Shown: positions 1 to 9,802, counted from the stretch's first letter. The stretch is 64,000 nt of DNA from Candidatus Zambryskibacteria bacterium RIFCSPLOWO2_01_FULL_39_39 (GCA_001823925.1 MHWB01000009.1:25086-89085), one strand, 5' to 3'. Translations and numbers: made by a program. Notes: a model not told the origin generated them from the sequence alone.

Positions 1-433
1 CGGATGCAAGAGCAAAAGCCCCATCGTTAGAAGAAGTGAGTAAGGTAAAATCTCTTAAATCGCCGGCTCCCCAAGTGTCTCCAACCACAAGTTTAGAGTC
101 TCCTTCTGGTAGAAGGTCTTCTTCGGTTATTTGTATTTTTTGACCATCTTCCAATTTTCCTTCTGCAATAATGGCGGTCATCACTTTGGTTAGAGAAGCG
201 AGTGGTAATGGTAAGTCTCCATTTTTAGAAAATAATTCTCTATTATTTATAACATCCCAAACTACTGCACTTTTGGCTTCTAAATTTAATTCTTCAAATA
301 CGTTTGGGGTTTCAATTGCCACTGATCCCTCCTTTTGATTTAAAGATTTTTGACCGATTATTAAAAGAATAAAAATTAAAATTGATGCAACAAAGAGGCA
401 AAGAAGGACATGGATAAAATATTTAGTCCTCAT
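1..433 (-). CDS. D-alanyl-D-alanine carboxypeptidase (peptidase S11), 3' end cut by window edge
   Basis: Manual translation from ATG at 433: N-terminal hydrophobic anchor, LEAKSAVVWD, SxxK motif (ASLTK), SxN motif (SSND). Not in ORF track. Confidence 0.85.
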   Translation of the reverse strand, partial: MRTKYFIHVLLCLFVASILIFILLIIGQKSLNQKEGSVAIETPNVFEELNLEAKSAVVWDVINNRELFSKNGDLPLPLASLTKVMTAIIAEGKLEDGQKIQITEEDLLPEGDSKLVVGDTWGAGDLRDFTLLTSSNDGAFALAS

Positions 434-458
434 TTCTATATTAAAAAATTGTTTAAAA

Positions 459-983
459 TTATTCATGATCGCTTCCCTCTATTTTGTTTTTAAGCATCTC
501 AAATTCTGGTAACTCTTCAACCTTTTTTAATCCCAAATGGGCCAAGAGGGATAAACTACCCTTATACCTAAAGAGTCTTTGGTCTTTAGGATCTAGTTCT
601 CTTTCAATTAAACCGCGCACACAAAGATTTCTTAATATGAAAGTTGAATTAACTCCCCTTATATAATCTACCTCTCTTCGGGTTACTGGCCCATTATAGA
701 GTATTATGGAGAGTGTTTCTAGACCCGCTTTGCCTATCTCGCGACTCATTTCATCTTTGGCCATTTTTAGAATGAAATCCCTCGCCTCTTTTGATGTTGC
801 CAAACTAACCTCCGTGTCTGTTTCTATCAGACAAATACCTCTGCCACCCAGAGAATTTGCTAAATTTTTTAAAGCTTCCCTAACTTCTCCCTCTTCTCTT
901 TCTGCCAATTTAGAAAGTTTTTTTATTTCTAGGGGTTCATTTTTATAAAAGAGGATTGCTTCTATTTTTGATTCTAATGTCAT
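459..983 (-). CDS. scpB: SMC-Scp complex subunit ScpB
   Basis: IEAILF, LETLSIILYNGPVTRREVDYIRGVNS, LEELP-like end; adjacent to scpA. Confidence 0.95.
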   Translation of the reverse strand: MTLESKIEAILFYKNEPLEIKKLSKLAEREEGEVREALKNLANSLGGRGICLIETDTEVSLATSKEARDFILKMAKDEMSREIGKAGLETLSIILYNGPVTRREVDYIRGVNSTFILRNLCVRGLIERELDPKDQRLFRYKGSLSLLAHLGLKKVEELPEFEMLKNKIEGSDHE

Positions 984-984
984 A

Positions 985-1713
985 TCAATATGTGGGGGTG
1001 CTTATATTTTCCGATTCCATGCTTATATCTTCAAAATGTCTGCTCTGATTTACTCGGAGCATTCCCTGTTTTACTAATTCTAGCATAGCCAGAAAGCTCA
1101 CTATAACATTAACTTTCTCCGCTTTACCAACATGGGCGAAGTCGGAAAAGCTCGTTTTCAGGCTAGTCTGTACTCTGTCTTTTAATTTGTCTACCATTTC
1201 TTCTAAACTCATTATTTTTTGTACTACCATTTTAGGCAGATCTTCTATTTGTTGAGGTATATTTTGAAGCGCTTCCCTAAGTGCCCTCTTGAGGGACAAT
1301 AAGGTAATATCTGGCGTTGGAGCAAATACTACATTTATTTCCTTTCTCTCTTTTGCAAAATATAAAAAATTGCCAAACATCCTTTCAATATTTATTGATA
1401 ACTCTTTGTATTTTCTATAAGTAATTAGTCTGTTTTCCAAATCTTTGATACTTCCCTGTTCCTCGGTGGTGAGTGAAAGGTTTGGCAAAAGAGATTTTGA
1501 TTTTATCAAAAGCAGTGTCGAAGCAATCAAAATAAAATCAGCCGAGTCGGCTATCGGGAATTCTTCAAACGATTTTATATGTTCAATAAACTCATCAGCG
1601 ACGGCAGAGAGTGAGACATCACTTATATGGAGTTTTCGTTTTTCAATCAAATCTAAAAGGAGCGTAAGTGGCCCCTCAAACTCCCCCACCCTAACTTTAA
1701 AATCTGGATTCAT
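985..1713 (-). CDS. scpA: Segregation/condensation protein ScpA
   Basis: FEGPLTLLLDLI N-terminus; VSFLAMLELVKQG C-terminal wHTH. Confidence 0.95.
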   Translation of the reverse strand: MNPDFKVRVGEFEGPLTLLLDLIEKRKLHISDVSLSAVADEFIEHIKSFEEFPIADSADFILIASTLLLIKSKSLLPNLSLTTEEQGSIKDLENRLITYRKYKELSINIERMFGNFLYFAKERKEINVVFAPTPDITLLSLKRALREALQNIPQQIEDLPKMVVQKIMSLEEMVDKLKDRVQTSLKTSFSDFAHVGKAEKVNVIVSFLAMLELVKQGMLRVNQSRHFEDISMESENISTPTY

Positions 1714-1717
1714 TTTT

Positions 1718-3115
1718 CTATTTACCCCCTTCTCTTATTTTAATATGGAGTTCTCGGAGTTGAGTCTCAGAAATCTCAGAAGGAGCGTTCATCATCAAAT
1801 CTTTACCCTCGCCGGTCTTTGGGTAAGCTATCACCTCTCTGATGTTAGGTTCGTTTTGAAGTATCATTACAATGCGGTCAATACCAGGGGCAAAACCTCC
1901 GTGTGGCGGTGCGCCATATGTGAAAGCTTCTAACATGTGGCCAAATTTTTTCAAAGTTTCCTCGTCTGAAATATTGAGAAGTTTGAAAACTTGTTTTTGT
2001 TCAGCTCCGTCGTGGATCCTGATAGAACCCGAAGAGAGCTCATAACCATTTAAGACTAGGTCATAAGAGTTGGCGCGAATGTTGTATAAATCTTCACCTT
2101 TCATAAACTTCTCTTTATCTTCTGGTTTAATTGAACAAAATGGGTGGTGAGCAGCGGCGATGGAACCATCATCTTTTTTCTCAAACATAGGAAAGTCTGT
2201 AATCCAAGCAAAAGCCAATTCGTCTGGATCATTTTTATCTTTTCTTAAATCTGGTTTATCGGTGCCATATTTTTTCATAACTTCGGCAAAAGTGAATCGT
2301 GGGAAAGGTGTCTCTGTATTTTTTTTGTTTGGGTACAAAGTTTTAACGAGCTCAATAAACATGGCCTCGGTGTAAGAGAGTACATCTTCTTGTTCCACAA
2401 AAGACATCTCAAAGTCCAACTGAGTAAATTCTGGTTGCCTGTCCCCGCGGGAGTCCTCATCGCGCATGCACCTGGCAATTTGAAAATATTTTTCAAAACC
2501 AGCAACCATTGAGAGTTGTTTGAATTGCTGCGGTGACTGTGGCAAAACATAAAATTTACCATGGTAAAGTCGGGATGGTATCACGTACTCCCTAGAACCT
2601 TCCGGGGTCCCTTTCATCATGATTGGGGTTTCAATTTCTACGAAATCATTTTTATGCATATAATCGCGGAAAAAAGAAATTATTTTATCTCTCATTCTAA
2701 TATTTTTTTGCATTCTTTCACTTCTTAAATCCAAATATCTGTATTTTAATCTAGCATCCTCACTCACCTCTTTTGTATTTGAAGAGATGTCAAAAGGCAA
2801 AGTTTCTGCTTTGTTTAAAACTTCAATATTTTTTACCTCGAGTTCAATATCGCCGTTTAAAACCCCTGCTTTAATATTTTTTTCAGGTCTTTTGTTTACA
2901 ACTCCGGTGACAGCTAGGACCCACTCGGTGCGCATCTCTTTGGCCGTTTCAATGGCTAGGCTTTTGGGCAGTACGACACACTGTACCAACCCTGAAAAAT
3001 CCCTCATATCCATAAAAACCATTTTCCCCTGGTCGCGCCTTACGTTTACCCAACCCTTAATAGTGACTTCTTTTCCTAGATTCTCCTTTAAATCTTTTAT
3101 ATAAGTTCTTTTCAT
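1718..3115 (-). CDS. aspS: Aspartyl-tRNA synthetase, compact (no GAD insertion)
   Basis: OB-fold, RLKYRYLDLR, LPQSPQQFKQ, RDEDSRGDRQPEFTQLD, GAPPHGG. Confidence 0.95.
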   Translation of the reverse strand: MKRTYIKDLKENLGKEVTIKGWVNVRRDQGKMVFMDMRDFSGLVQCVVLPKSLAIETAKEMRTEWVLAVTGVVNKRPEKNIKAGVLNGDIELEVKNIEVLNKAETLPFDISSNTKEVSEDARLKYRYLDLRSERMQKNIRMRDKIISFFRDYMHKNDFVEIETPIMMKGTPEGSREYVIPSRLYHGKFYVLPQSPQQFKQLSMVAGFEKYFQIARCMRDEDSRGDRQPEFTQLDFEMSFVEQEDVLSYTEAMFIELVKTLYPNKKNTETPFPRFTFAEVMKKYGTDKPDLRKDKNDPDELAFAWITDFPMFEKKDDGSIAAAHHPFCSIKPEDKEKFMKGEDLYNIRANSYDLVLNGYELSSGSIRIHDGAEQKQVFKLLNISDEETLKKFGHMLEAFTYGAPPHGGFAPGIDRIVMILQNEPNIREVIAYPKTGEGKDLMMNAPSEISETQLRELHIKIREGGK

Positions 3116-3119
3116 TTTT

Positions 3120-4091
3120 TTATATTACCCCTATCGCTCTTTTAACCGCTATCATTTTTTGGCTCGCTTTTGCACGGGCTCTCTCTTTGCCTTCTGCCAA
3201 AACTTTTTGCACAAAATTTAAATCTTTAGCGATTTCCTCCCTTCTTTCTCGTAATGGTCTTATAAAATTTTTCAAATCTTCAATCAAAATATCTTTCAAT
3301 ACTTTATACTTACCCTTATTTTCCTCATAAATTTTATCGAGCTCGGCCACAGATCTGAAAAGTTTATGGATATAAAAAACATTTTCTGGGTATTCGGCTT
3401 TGGAATCAGTGACAATGCTCATTACCGCTTTCTCAATCTCTTCATCACTAGCGAAAAGTGGGATAGTGTTGTTATAACTCTTGCTCATCTTTCTGCCATC
3501 GGTGCCGGGCACGGTCTCTACATCTTTTATAATGAGAGCTTCGGGTAGTTTAAAAATTTCACCTGTGGTGAGCGAAGTCGAACCACTGAAAATCCTGTTA
3601 AATTTTTCGGCCGTGTCTCTAGCAAATTCTATATGTTGTTTTTGGTCCTGTCCTACTGGCACTACATCTGTGTCATATAATAAAATATCTGCCGCCATCA
3701 ACATTGGATATGTAAAAGTGCCGGCGCTCACATCTTCTTCTCCTCCTTTCGCCATAGCATCTTTGTAAGCATGAGCTCTTTTTAAATAAGGGACAGTGGT
3801 GATGGTATCAAAAATCCAGGCAAGCTCGGTATGCTCTGGCACATCTGATTGTTTAAAAATTATTGATTTTTTGGGGTTTAGACCTATAGCCAAAAAGTCA
3901 ATTGCCACATCCAACGATAGTTCTCTCATCTCCTTGGCATTTTGGATAAGGTTTAAAGCGTGATAGTCCGCTATCATAAAGTAGCTCTGGTACTCATTTT
4001 GAAGCTCCACAAACTGACGCATTGCACCAAAATAGTTTCCAATATGTGGCCGCCCAGTCGGCTTTACTCCTGAAAGTATGGTTTTTTGCAT
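3120..4091 (-). CDS. trpS: Tryptophanyl-tRNA synthetase
   Basis: HIGN, YPMLMAADILLY, VPVGQDQKQH, KMSKS. Confidence 0.97.
   Translation of the reverse strand: MQKTILSGVKPTGRPHIGNYFGAMRQFVELQNEYQSYFMIADYHALNLIQNAKEMRELSLDVAIDFLAIGLNPKKSIIFKQSDVPEHTELAWIFDTITTVPYLKRAHAYKDAMAKGGEEDVSAGTFTYPMLMAADILLYDTDVVPVGQDQKQHIEFARDTAEKFNRIFSGSTSLTTGEIFKLPEALIIKDVETVPGTDGRKMSKSYNNTIPLFASDEEIEKAVMSIVTDSKAEYPENVFYIHKLFRSVAELDKIYEENKGKYKVLKDILIEDLKNFIRPLRERREEIAKDLNFVQKVLAEGKERARAKASQKMIAVKRAIGVI
3562..3586 (+). repeat. Repeat family A (TGAGCNNGTCGAA core), in frame in trpS
   Basis: cctgtggtgagcgaagtcgaaccac, read as GSTSLTTG; related to copies at 4670, 31414, 44419. Confidence 0.7.
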
Positions 4092-4134
4092 GTGATTTGG
4101 CGAAATTATGTGACTTCATAATAGCAAAAATTCA

Positions 4135-5007
4135 TTATTTTGCACACCAGAGGGCAAAAATAGACATAGGTAGGAGTCTGGTTGAATTCTCCTGTTTTAT
4201 GACAAGCTCGCCTGATTCAATTCTACCATTCAAACCTTTTGTCGTGTCTCTAAGTAAATTAGCGACAGATAAAGAAGAGAGTTCGGTAGCATACATATTG
4301 AAAATCACGAAAAGTGGCTCATCACTCAAAATTTCTCGGCAAGCTTTCAAAAGTTCTGGCAATTTTTCTTCTATTTTCCAAATCTCCCCCTTTGGCCCTT
4401 TTCCAAACTGAGGCGGGTCCATAATCAGGCAGTCGTATTTTTTACCCTGCCTCTTTTCTTTATTTATAAATTTAAGAACATCATCTAATATCCAACGGAT
4501 GGGAGCGTCTTCTAATTCGGATAGTTTTTGGTTTTCTCTTGCCCAATCAATGCTAGCTTTTGAAGCATCTACGTGAGTGATTCTCGCTCCCGCCCTTGCT
4601 GCCACCAAACTGGCGATTCCTGTGTAGCCGAATAGGTTTAAAACATTTAAACTATTCGGAATTTTCAATCCGTTCAACAAGCTCAGGACAGGTTTAGAAT
4701 TTTCAGTTTTCAATTTTTCTGCAATCCACTGCCATTGCGATATTTGCTCTGGGAAAATGCCAATATGTTTTGAACCACTTTTAAATTTTATTTTGGCTTT
4801 GACTCCTTCAAAAATATCTACAATCGTCTCTAAAACTGTTTCTGTATTTCTCCACTCATTTTCTGACAATTCTCTTTTCCACCAAGCTCTCGGCTCGGCT
4901 CTCACAATCCTTACTCCCCTTATTTCCTCCAGCTTCTTTTTATCCCCACAATCCAAAAGCTTGTAACCTTCCATCTCCCCCGCCCATATTTTGGTTGAAT
5001 CTTGCAT
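4135..5007 (-). CDS. Class I SAM-dependent methyltransferase (RlmI/RlmK-like)
   Basis: VLNLFGYTG, HVDAS, IMDPPQFGKG. Confidence 0.85.
   Translation of the reverse strand: MQDSTKIWAGEMEGYKLLDCGDKKKLEEIRGVRIVRAEPRAWWKRELSENEWRNTETVLETIVDIFEGVKAKIKFKSGSKHIGIFPEQISQWQWIAEKLKTENSKPVLSLLNGLKIPNSLNVLNLFGYTGIASLVAARAGARITHVDASKASIDWARENQKLSELEDAPIRWILDDVLKFINKEKRQGKKYDCLIMDPPQFGKGPKGEIWKIEEKLPELLKACREILSDEPLFVIFNMYATELSSLSVANLLRDTTKGLNGRIESGELVIKQENSTRLLPMSIFALWCAK
4670..4692 (-). repeat. Repeat family A, in frame in methyltransferase
   Basis: ccgttcaacaagctcaggacagg, read as PVLSLLNG. Confidence 0.7.
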
Positions 5008-5019
5008 ACTTCTACAATA

Positions 5020-6672
5020 TCATAAAAACAAGCGGACGAGGCGGAGGTCTTCGTAGGAGTATTTGGGGCCGAGCAATTCTTTGACTTTCGCCAGTTTATA
5101 CCCTCCACCCTCACTTACGCCCACCTTGTGAAAAGCATTATAAATTTCTTTAAATTTATTTTTAGTGATACTACTTTGGAGATTGTATATATTGTAATTT
5201 GGATCTTTTTCTTTTATTTTTTCTATATGATCTATGATCGTGCCAAGTTTGAGTCCCCTTTCTTTGGCAATATCTTTCAAGATTTTTCCATCATCTAACA
5301 TTTTTTTGGTTTCGTCCACTGTATCTATTTTTCCCTTGCCCGCCGTAGCGGGAGCGGAGGAGGGTCCCCTTATTTTTATGGCAAATTCATTATGCATTTT
5401 AGAAAGCTTTTCTTCCCCCATTGTTTTAATATGAAAAGAATTGGTTTTGGAAAGGTCTCTAAATGTTTTATCAAATCCCAAAACCTCCTCATTTACTCGG
5501 AGCGCCATGTCATTTAATCCTTTAAGAAAAAGCCCTTCTAGCGAGCGGACTCGAGAAAGGGCCACATAACCCATACCCTTTTCAAAAGAGGCGGATAAGT
5601 CAATTGAAGCGGCGTCAAGTGACATCCCCTGGCTTTTGTGTACGGTGATGGCCCAAGCTAAACGCAAGGGGTATTGGGTTATTTCGGCCTTGCTTCTCCC
5701 ATCTTCTTCTATTCGCCATGTTTCTCTTACTACATCTATAATCTTGCCAGAAAGGATTTTTACTTTTATTTCTTCAAACACGCACTTTTCGACTGTGCCC
5801 AAGGTACCGTTGACGAAGCCCTCTTCAAAATTATTTTTAACAAACATTACTTTGGCGCCAACCTTTAGTCTCAAAGTTTCGGGCGCTAGGCAACTCTTTT
5901 TCAAAGATTCTACCAAATTATGCCTACCCCTTTCCTGCATTTCATATTCAAAAACTTTACCAGAAATTTTTGAAAGCTCTGCTTCGTTTTCACTATTTAC
6001 ATCTTTATTGTGGGAATAAAGTTTGGTTGGTTCAAAATCTGCTTTTTTATTAAACCTAGTCTCCAAAACTTTTAGAGTCTCTTCTGAGACCGTGGCATCC
6101 CTTACCGCGTTTAAAATTTCCAAGTATTTCAAATCGCTTTGTCTATGCTGTTCTGAAAGGTAGCAGACTTTGAGCTTAAGATTTTTCCAGGTATCGGAGT
6201 GATAAGCAAAAAATACTTCCGGCTCAAAAGATTTTCTTACTGGTGGCAATTGAAAAAAGTCTCCGCAAAAAACTACCTGCATACCCCCAAAGGGCTCTAC
6301 TGAGTTTTTTATTTCCTTAACGATCCTATCTAAGAGATCAAGACGGTAGTGGTGAAGCATTGATATCTCGTCAATAATCAGGACAGACGCTTTTTTGACC
6401 TTGTCTTTTACGTGTTTTTTTTCAACAATTTCTTGTAAATCACCTTTACTTAAACTGTCTCTTACTCCCAAACCAGACCAAGAATGAATAGTGATGCCGC
6501 CCATACCGGTTGCAGCGATGCCGGTGGAAGCAGTGATGCCTATATAAGCGTTAAGATTTTGCAAATAATTTATATATTCTCGTAAGACATAAGTTTTGCC
6601 ACTACCGGCGGCGCCAGTTAAAAATACGTTTCTACCGGTTTTTAAGATGTCCAGAGCTTCTTTTTGAGTCAT
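5020..6672 (-). CDS. PIF1/RecD-like SF1B helicase with C-terminal HTH
   Basis: GAAGSGKT, IIDEISM, GDFFQLPPV, AWAITVHKSQGMSLD, YVALSR; C-terminal IAKERGLKLGTIIDH. Confidence 0.9.
   Translation of the reverse strand: MTQKEALDILKTGRNVFLTGAAGSGKTYVLREYINYLQNLNAYIGITASTGIAATGMGGITIHSWSGLGVRDSLSKGDLQEIVEKKHVKDKVKKASVLIIDEISMLHHYRLDLLDRIVKEIKNSVEPFGGMQVVFCGDFFQLPPVRKSFEPEVFFAYHSDTWKNLKLKVCYLSEQHRQSDLKYLEILNAVRDATVSEETLKVLETRFNKKADFEPTKLYSHNKDVNSENEAELSKISGKVFEYEMQERGRHNLVESLKKSCLAPETLRLKVGAKVMFVKNNFEEGFVNGTLGTVEKCVFEEIKVKILSGKIIDVVRETWRIEEDGRSKAEITQYPLRLAWAITVHKSQGMSLDAASIDLSASFEKGMGYVALSRVRSLEGLFLKGLNDMALRVNEEVLGFDKTFRDLSKTNSFHIKTMGEEKLSKMHNEFAIKIRGPSSAPATAGKGKIDTVDETKKMLDDGKILKDIAKERGLKLGTIIDHIEKIKEKDPNYNIYNLQSSITKNKFKEIYNAFHKVGVSEGGGYKLAKVKELLGPKYSYEDLRLVRLFL
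5334..5364 (+). repeat. Repeat family B, in frame in helicase linker
   Basis: ccttgcccgccgtagcgggagcggaggaggg, read as PSSAPATAGK. Confidence 0.65.
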
Positions 6673-6696
6673 GAGTCTTATTGTATTCCTTTCCTC

Positions 6697-6750
6697 CTAT
6701 TTTTCAATTTTTGCTCCCGCTTTGGCTTTGACAAATACTTTCACTTTCAT
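6697..6750 (-). pseudogene. 5' remnant of a DUF167/YggU gene
   Basis: MKVKVFVKAKAGAKIEK-stop resembles the N-terminus (MRVFVKAKPSAKEEK) of the intact gene at 11474..11725. Confidence 0.6.
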
Positions 6751-6758
6751 AAAATTTG

Positions 6759-6786
6759 TTGACAAAAATTTATCTTTGTATATAAT
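6759..6786 (+). promoter_or_regulatory. Sigma70 promoter with no downstream ORF
   Basis: TTGACA-16 nt-TATAAT. Confidence 0.7.
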
Positions 6787-6792
6787 AACTAT

Positions 6793-6945
6793 AGGTTTTT
6801 CATCTTGATCTTGCTCTTGCTCTCGCAGAGGCACCCGGTCAGGTGTCCTACGTCCGTGCCGCCCCATGGTCGAGGCGCTCTTCTGGTGTTGTAATCTCCT
6901 TGCGATACCAGATACAGAGCGCCTCCTGTGGGGTGGCTTTTATTT
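6793..6945 (+). ncRNA. Candidate structured small RNA
   Basis: 80-nt three-segment hairpin at 6858-6937 whose wobbles are G-U only on the + strand, followed by a T-run; lies downstream of a consensus promoter. Confidence 0.5.
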
Positions 6946-6952
6946 ACAAATG

Positions 6953-8626
6953 TTAATTTATTGGAAGTTCGATTGTAAAGGTAGTCCCCTTGCCTACTCC
7001 TTCTGACACCACCTTAATATCACCCTGATGGGCTTCTGCCATTTTTTTGGCTATATATAAACCTAGACCGGTGCCGATGACGTTGGTTTTGCTGGCGTCT
7101 TTGGTTCGAGAAAATTTACTAAATAGTTTGTTTATTTCACTAGGGTCAATACCAACTCCGCTATCTTTGACCGCTATCTTTACCTGCCTAACGGCAGGCA
7201 GGTTTTTATTTTCATCTTCAAATACAGAAATTTTAATACTGCCATGGATTGTGTATTTCACTGCATTATCAATAACGTTACCGATCACCTGTTTGATTTT
7301 ATTCCTATCAGCATTTATTTTGGCAGAAAAATTGAATGGCTCTAATTCCAAAGACAAACCTGCATCTAAAATATTTGGTTTAAGTTCATTTGCCACTTCT
7401 TTTACAAGCTCTCCTACATCAAAGATACTTTTTTCATAAACCATCCTGCCTTGCTCAATCCGCGAGATGTTTAAGAAGTCCCCGACTATATTTATCAAAT
7501 TTTGGCAAGATTTTCTAATAGTCTCTACCGAATCCTTTGCCTTCTGTGGTAATACGCCAAAATCACCCTCCAAAAGCATTGAGGAGTAGCCCTTTATGGC
7601 GGTGAGTGGCGCCCTTATTTGGTGGGTGGCAAGCGATAAAAACTCTGACTTTAAATTATCCAACTCCCGCAGTTTTTCATTTGCCCTCTCAAGATCCTTC
7701 GCCAACACTTCAATCTTTTCCCTTTGTTCTACCTCCCTTTTTACCGAGCGGACTAATAAAATTCCAACGATAAGAAATAGAATCAAAGTAAGAGAAACAA
7801 TAATTCTTACGTTATTTATATCATTTACAAAAAGTACAGCACAAAGTGCAATCCATAAAGCCGTTATTAAAGCTTGAGTTCCGATTAGTTTGACATTAAA
7901 TGTTTTAAATTTGACTATTGAATAAACTAAAAATCCGGCAAATATAGGCATTCCAAATAATCCATACTGACCCAATTCCCAATTCTCTGTAAAACTTCCT
8001 ATTATATTTCCCCATGCGAAAGCAAATAAAAATAACACGACACCAGTAGAAAGGGAGAATATTTCTTTCCGATTCAAATTTCCTGGCTTATGAAGTTTTC
8101 GTATTGAATACCCAATAATTATTATGGTCATAAGAATTTCTACTGCATATGTATAGTAGAGAGCTATTGGACCCTCTACGCTAAGGCATGTAGAAATATC
8201 AAATCCTGACAAACTGTACTTTGTTGGTACAAAAATTAGCAGTGGCGTATAAATCAAAAATAAAAATAATTTAGAAATAAAAGGTAAATCTTTCTTTTCC
8301 AAAAATAAATATAGTAAATAAAACCCCCCTATATATACTAATGGCTCAATAAGTATAATAATAGACCACACAAACATTACCACATCACTTCTATTGCTTG
8401 CCCAAAAAATTGAATCTAAAAATACCCATAGAGCAAAAGTGATTATGGTTACAAAAAGAACCCTATTTGGAATGGAGTTTTTATTCTGAAAAAATACAAA
8501 AAAAGCTAACAAGAGAGAAATTATAATTATTGGTAAATGAGAATAGTAAACTAGTGGAGCGACATCTGCACCAAACAATAACCATTTTGGTCCTTCAAAA
8601 TTACACAATTCTATTAAAGTTTCCAT
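6953..8626 (-). CDS. Membrane sensor histidine kinase (multi-TM N-terminus, HisKA, HATPase)
   Basis: ATHQIRAPLT H-box, NVIDNAVKYT, DSGVGI, GTGLGL. Confidence 0.93.
   Translation of the reverse strand: METLIELCNFEGPKWLLFGADVAPLVYYSHLPIIIISLLLAFFVFFQNKNSIPNRVLFVTIITFALWVFLDSIFWASNRSDVVMFVWSIIILIEPLVYIGGFYLLYLFLEKKDLPFISKLFLFLIYTPLLIFVPTKYSLSGFDISTCLSVEGPIALYYTYAVEILMTIIIIGYSIRKLHKPGNLNRKEIFSLSTGVVLFLFAFAWGNIIGSFTENWELGQYGLFGMPIFAGFLVYSIVKFKTFNVKLIGTQALITALWIALCAVLFVNDINNVRIIVSLTLILFLIVGILLVRSVKREVEQREKIEVLAKDLERANEKLRELDNLKSEFLSLATHQIRAPLTAIKGYSSMLLEGDFGVLPQKAKDSVETIRKSCQNLINIVGDFLNISRIEQGRMVYEKSIFDVGELVKEVANELKPNILDAGLSLELEPFNFSAKINADRNKIKQVIGNVIDNAVKYTIHGSIKISVFEDENKNLPAVRQVKIAVKDSGVGIDPSEINKLFSKFSRTKDASKTNVIGTGLGLYIAKKMAEAHQGDIKVVSEGVGKGTTFTIELPIN
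7182..7203. repeat. Repeat family C palindrome, in frame in HATPase domain
   Basis: acctgcctaacggcaggcaggt, read as LPAVRQV. Confidence 0.65.
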
Positions 8627-8685
8627 TCTATATATTTAATATGATATGATTTTAACATTATCCAAATATTATTCAAATAACAATC

Positions 8686-9087
8686 ATGATTTTAGTTAAA
8701 ACAAAATTAGGGAAAAGTATTAAACATGGAATAGGACTTTTGGCAGATCAATTTATTCCTAAGGGTACAATAACGTGGGAGTATCATCCCCTTTTTGATT
8801 CAGCATTTACCGATGAAGAAATTAATCAAATGTCCGAACCAGCAAAAAAACAATTTTTTCATTACGCATATTTTGATAAAGATTTAGATAAACACGTTTT
8901 GTGTTTTGATGACCAACGATTTATTAATCATTCTGCTAAGAAAGAAGATATAAATATTCAGTCTTTTACTCGTAAAGACATTGCTCTCAAAGATATTCAT
9001 CTTGGAGAAGAATTATTATGTGATTATGATCAATTTGATAATACTTATTTTGATCGCATTAATCTAGATAGATCAAATCTTATTTGA
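8686..9087 (+). CDS. SET-domain protein
   Basis: HGIGLLADQFIPKG, RFINHS, GEELLCDY. Confidence 0.9.
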   Translation: MILVKTKLGKSIKHGIGLLADQFIPKGTITWEYHPLFDSAFTDEEINQMSEPAKKQFFHYAYFDKDLDKHVLCFDDQRFINHSAKKEDINIQSFTRKDIALKDIHLGEELLCDYDQFDNTYFDRINLDRSNLI

Positions 9088-9670
9088 TTTTTTTAGAAAA
9101 TCTAGTCTTTGGAAAATAAAGAAGTGTTGCAACTGAACCACTGGTTATAGACATATATATTGGATATATGAGTACTCCAAATGTTGCAGAACCTATTGCA
9201 CCAAAATTCAATACATTACCAATAAATGTAAGTAGCCAAGAAAATCCACTCTCACCCGTAGGTTCTAAATAGGATTTTTTGATTGTAGGTAACATGCCGA
9301 CAAAATCCATACTTAAATTAAGGATTAAGGCAATAACTGGACTTTTAAATATATACCATAGTACTAGTCCCGTCATTGATACAAAGAAGCATGTTATATC
9401 AAAAGGGTTTAAGCCACCCTCTCCATATTTAATAGAAAGTATTGCTACTATGAAAATTCCAAACACATCAGCTACTGGAACCCAAATGGTATCTACTGCT
9501 CCAGAGAAATAATAACTAATTCCAGTAACACTCCCTACTATAGTGAGTATCCACCAAGTTGCTCTGCTTGGTTTTGTTTCTCCTTTTAAAATTGAGATTA
9601 TATATACAATATAAGCTCCGAAGGATATGATTCCTGCTACAACTCCAAATATATAAGTTATTGTAAACAT
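9080..9670 (-). CDS. Multi-pass membrane protein
   Basis: About 7 hydrophobic segments; YIISILKGETKP motif. Confidence 0.75.
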   Translation of the reverse strand: MFTITYIFGVVAGIISFGAYIVYIISILKGETKPSRATWWILTIVGSVTGISYYFSGAVDTIWVPVADVFGIFIVAILSIKYGEGGLNPFDITCFFVSMTGLVLWYIFKSPVIALILNLSMDFVGMLPTIKKSYLEPTGESGFSWLLTFIGNVLNFGAIGSATFGVLIYPIYMSITSGSVATLLYFPKTRFSKKIK

Positions 9671-9673
9671 TTT

Positions 9674-9802
9674 TTATTCTAACGCGGTACCATCTTCAAT
9701 GTAAAAATCCTTATCAACCGTTGTTCTTTTATATGTCATTACTACAGACACTATAATAGAGATAAAAAATATAGTTATTAAAATTTTTGATTTTTTATCC
9801 AT
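9674..9802 (-). CDS. Small single-TM protein (42 aa)
   Basis: Manual translation MDKKSKILITIFFISIIVSVVMTYKRTTVDKDFYIEDGTALE; stop lies 3 nt before next start. Confidence 0.6.
   Translation of the reverse strand: MDKKSKILITIFFISIIVSVVMTYKRTTVDKDFYIEDGTALE

Noticed and set aside
6830-6850. SRP RNA (GGTCAGG)
   Set aside because: Lacks the following GNRA loop and AGCAG of domain IV
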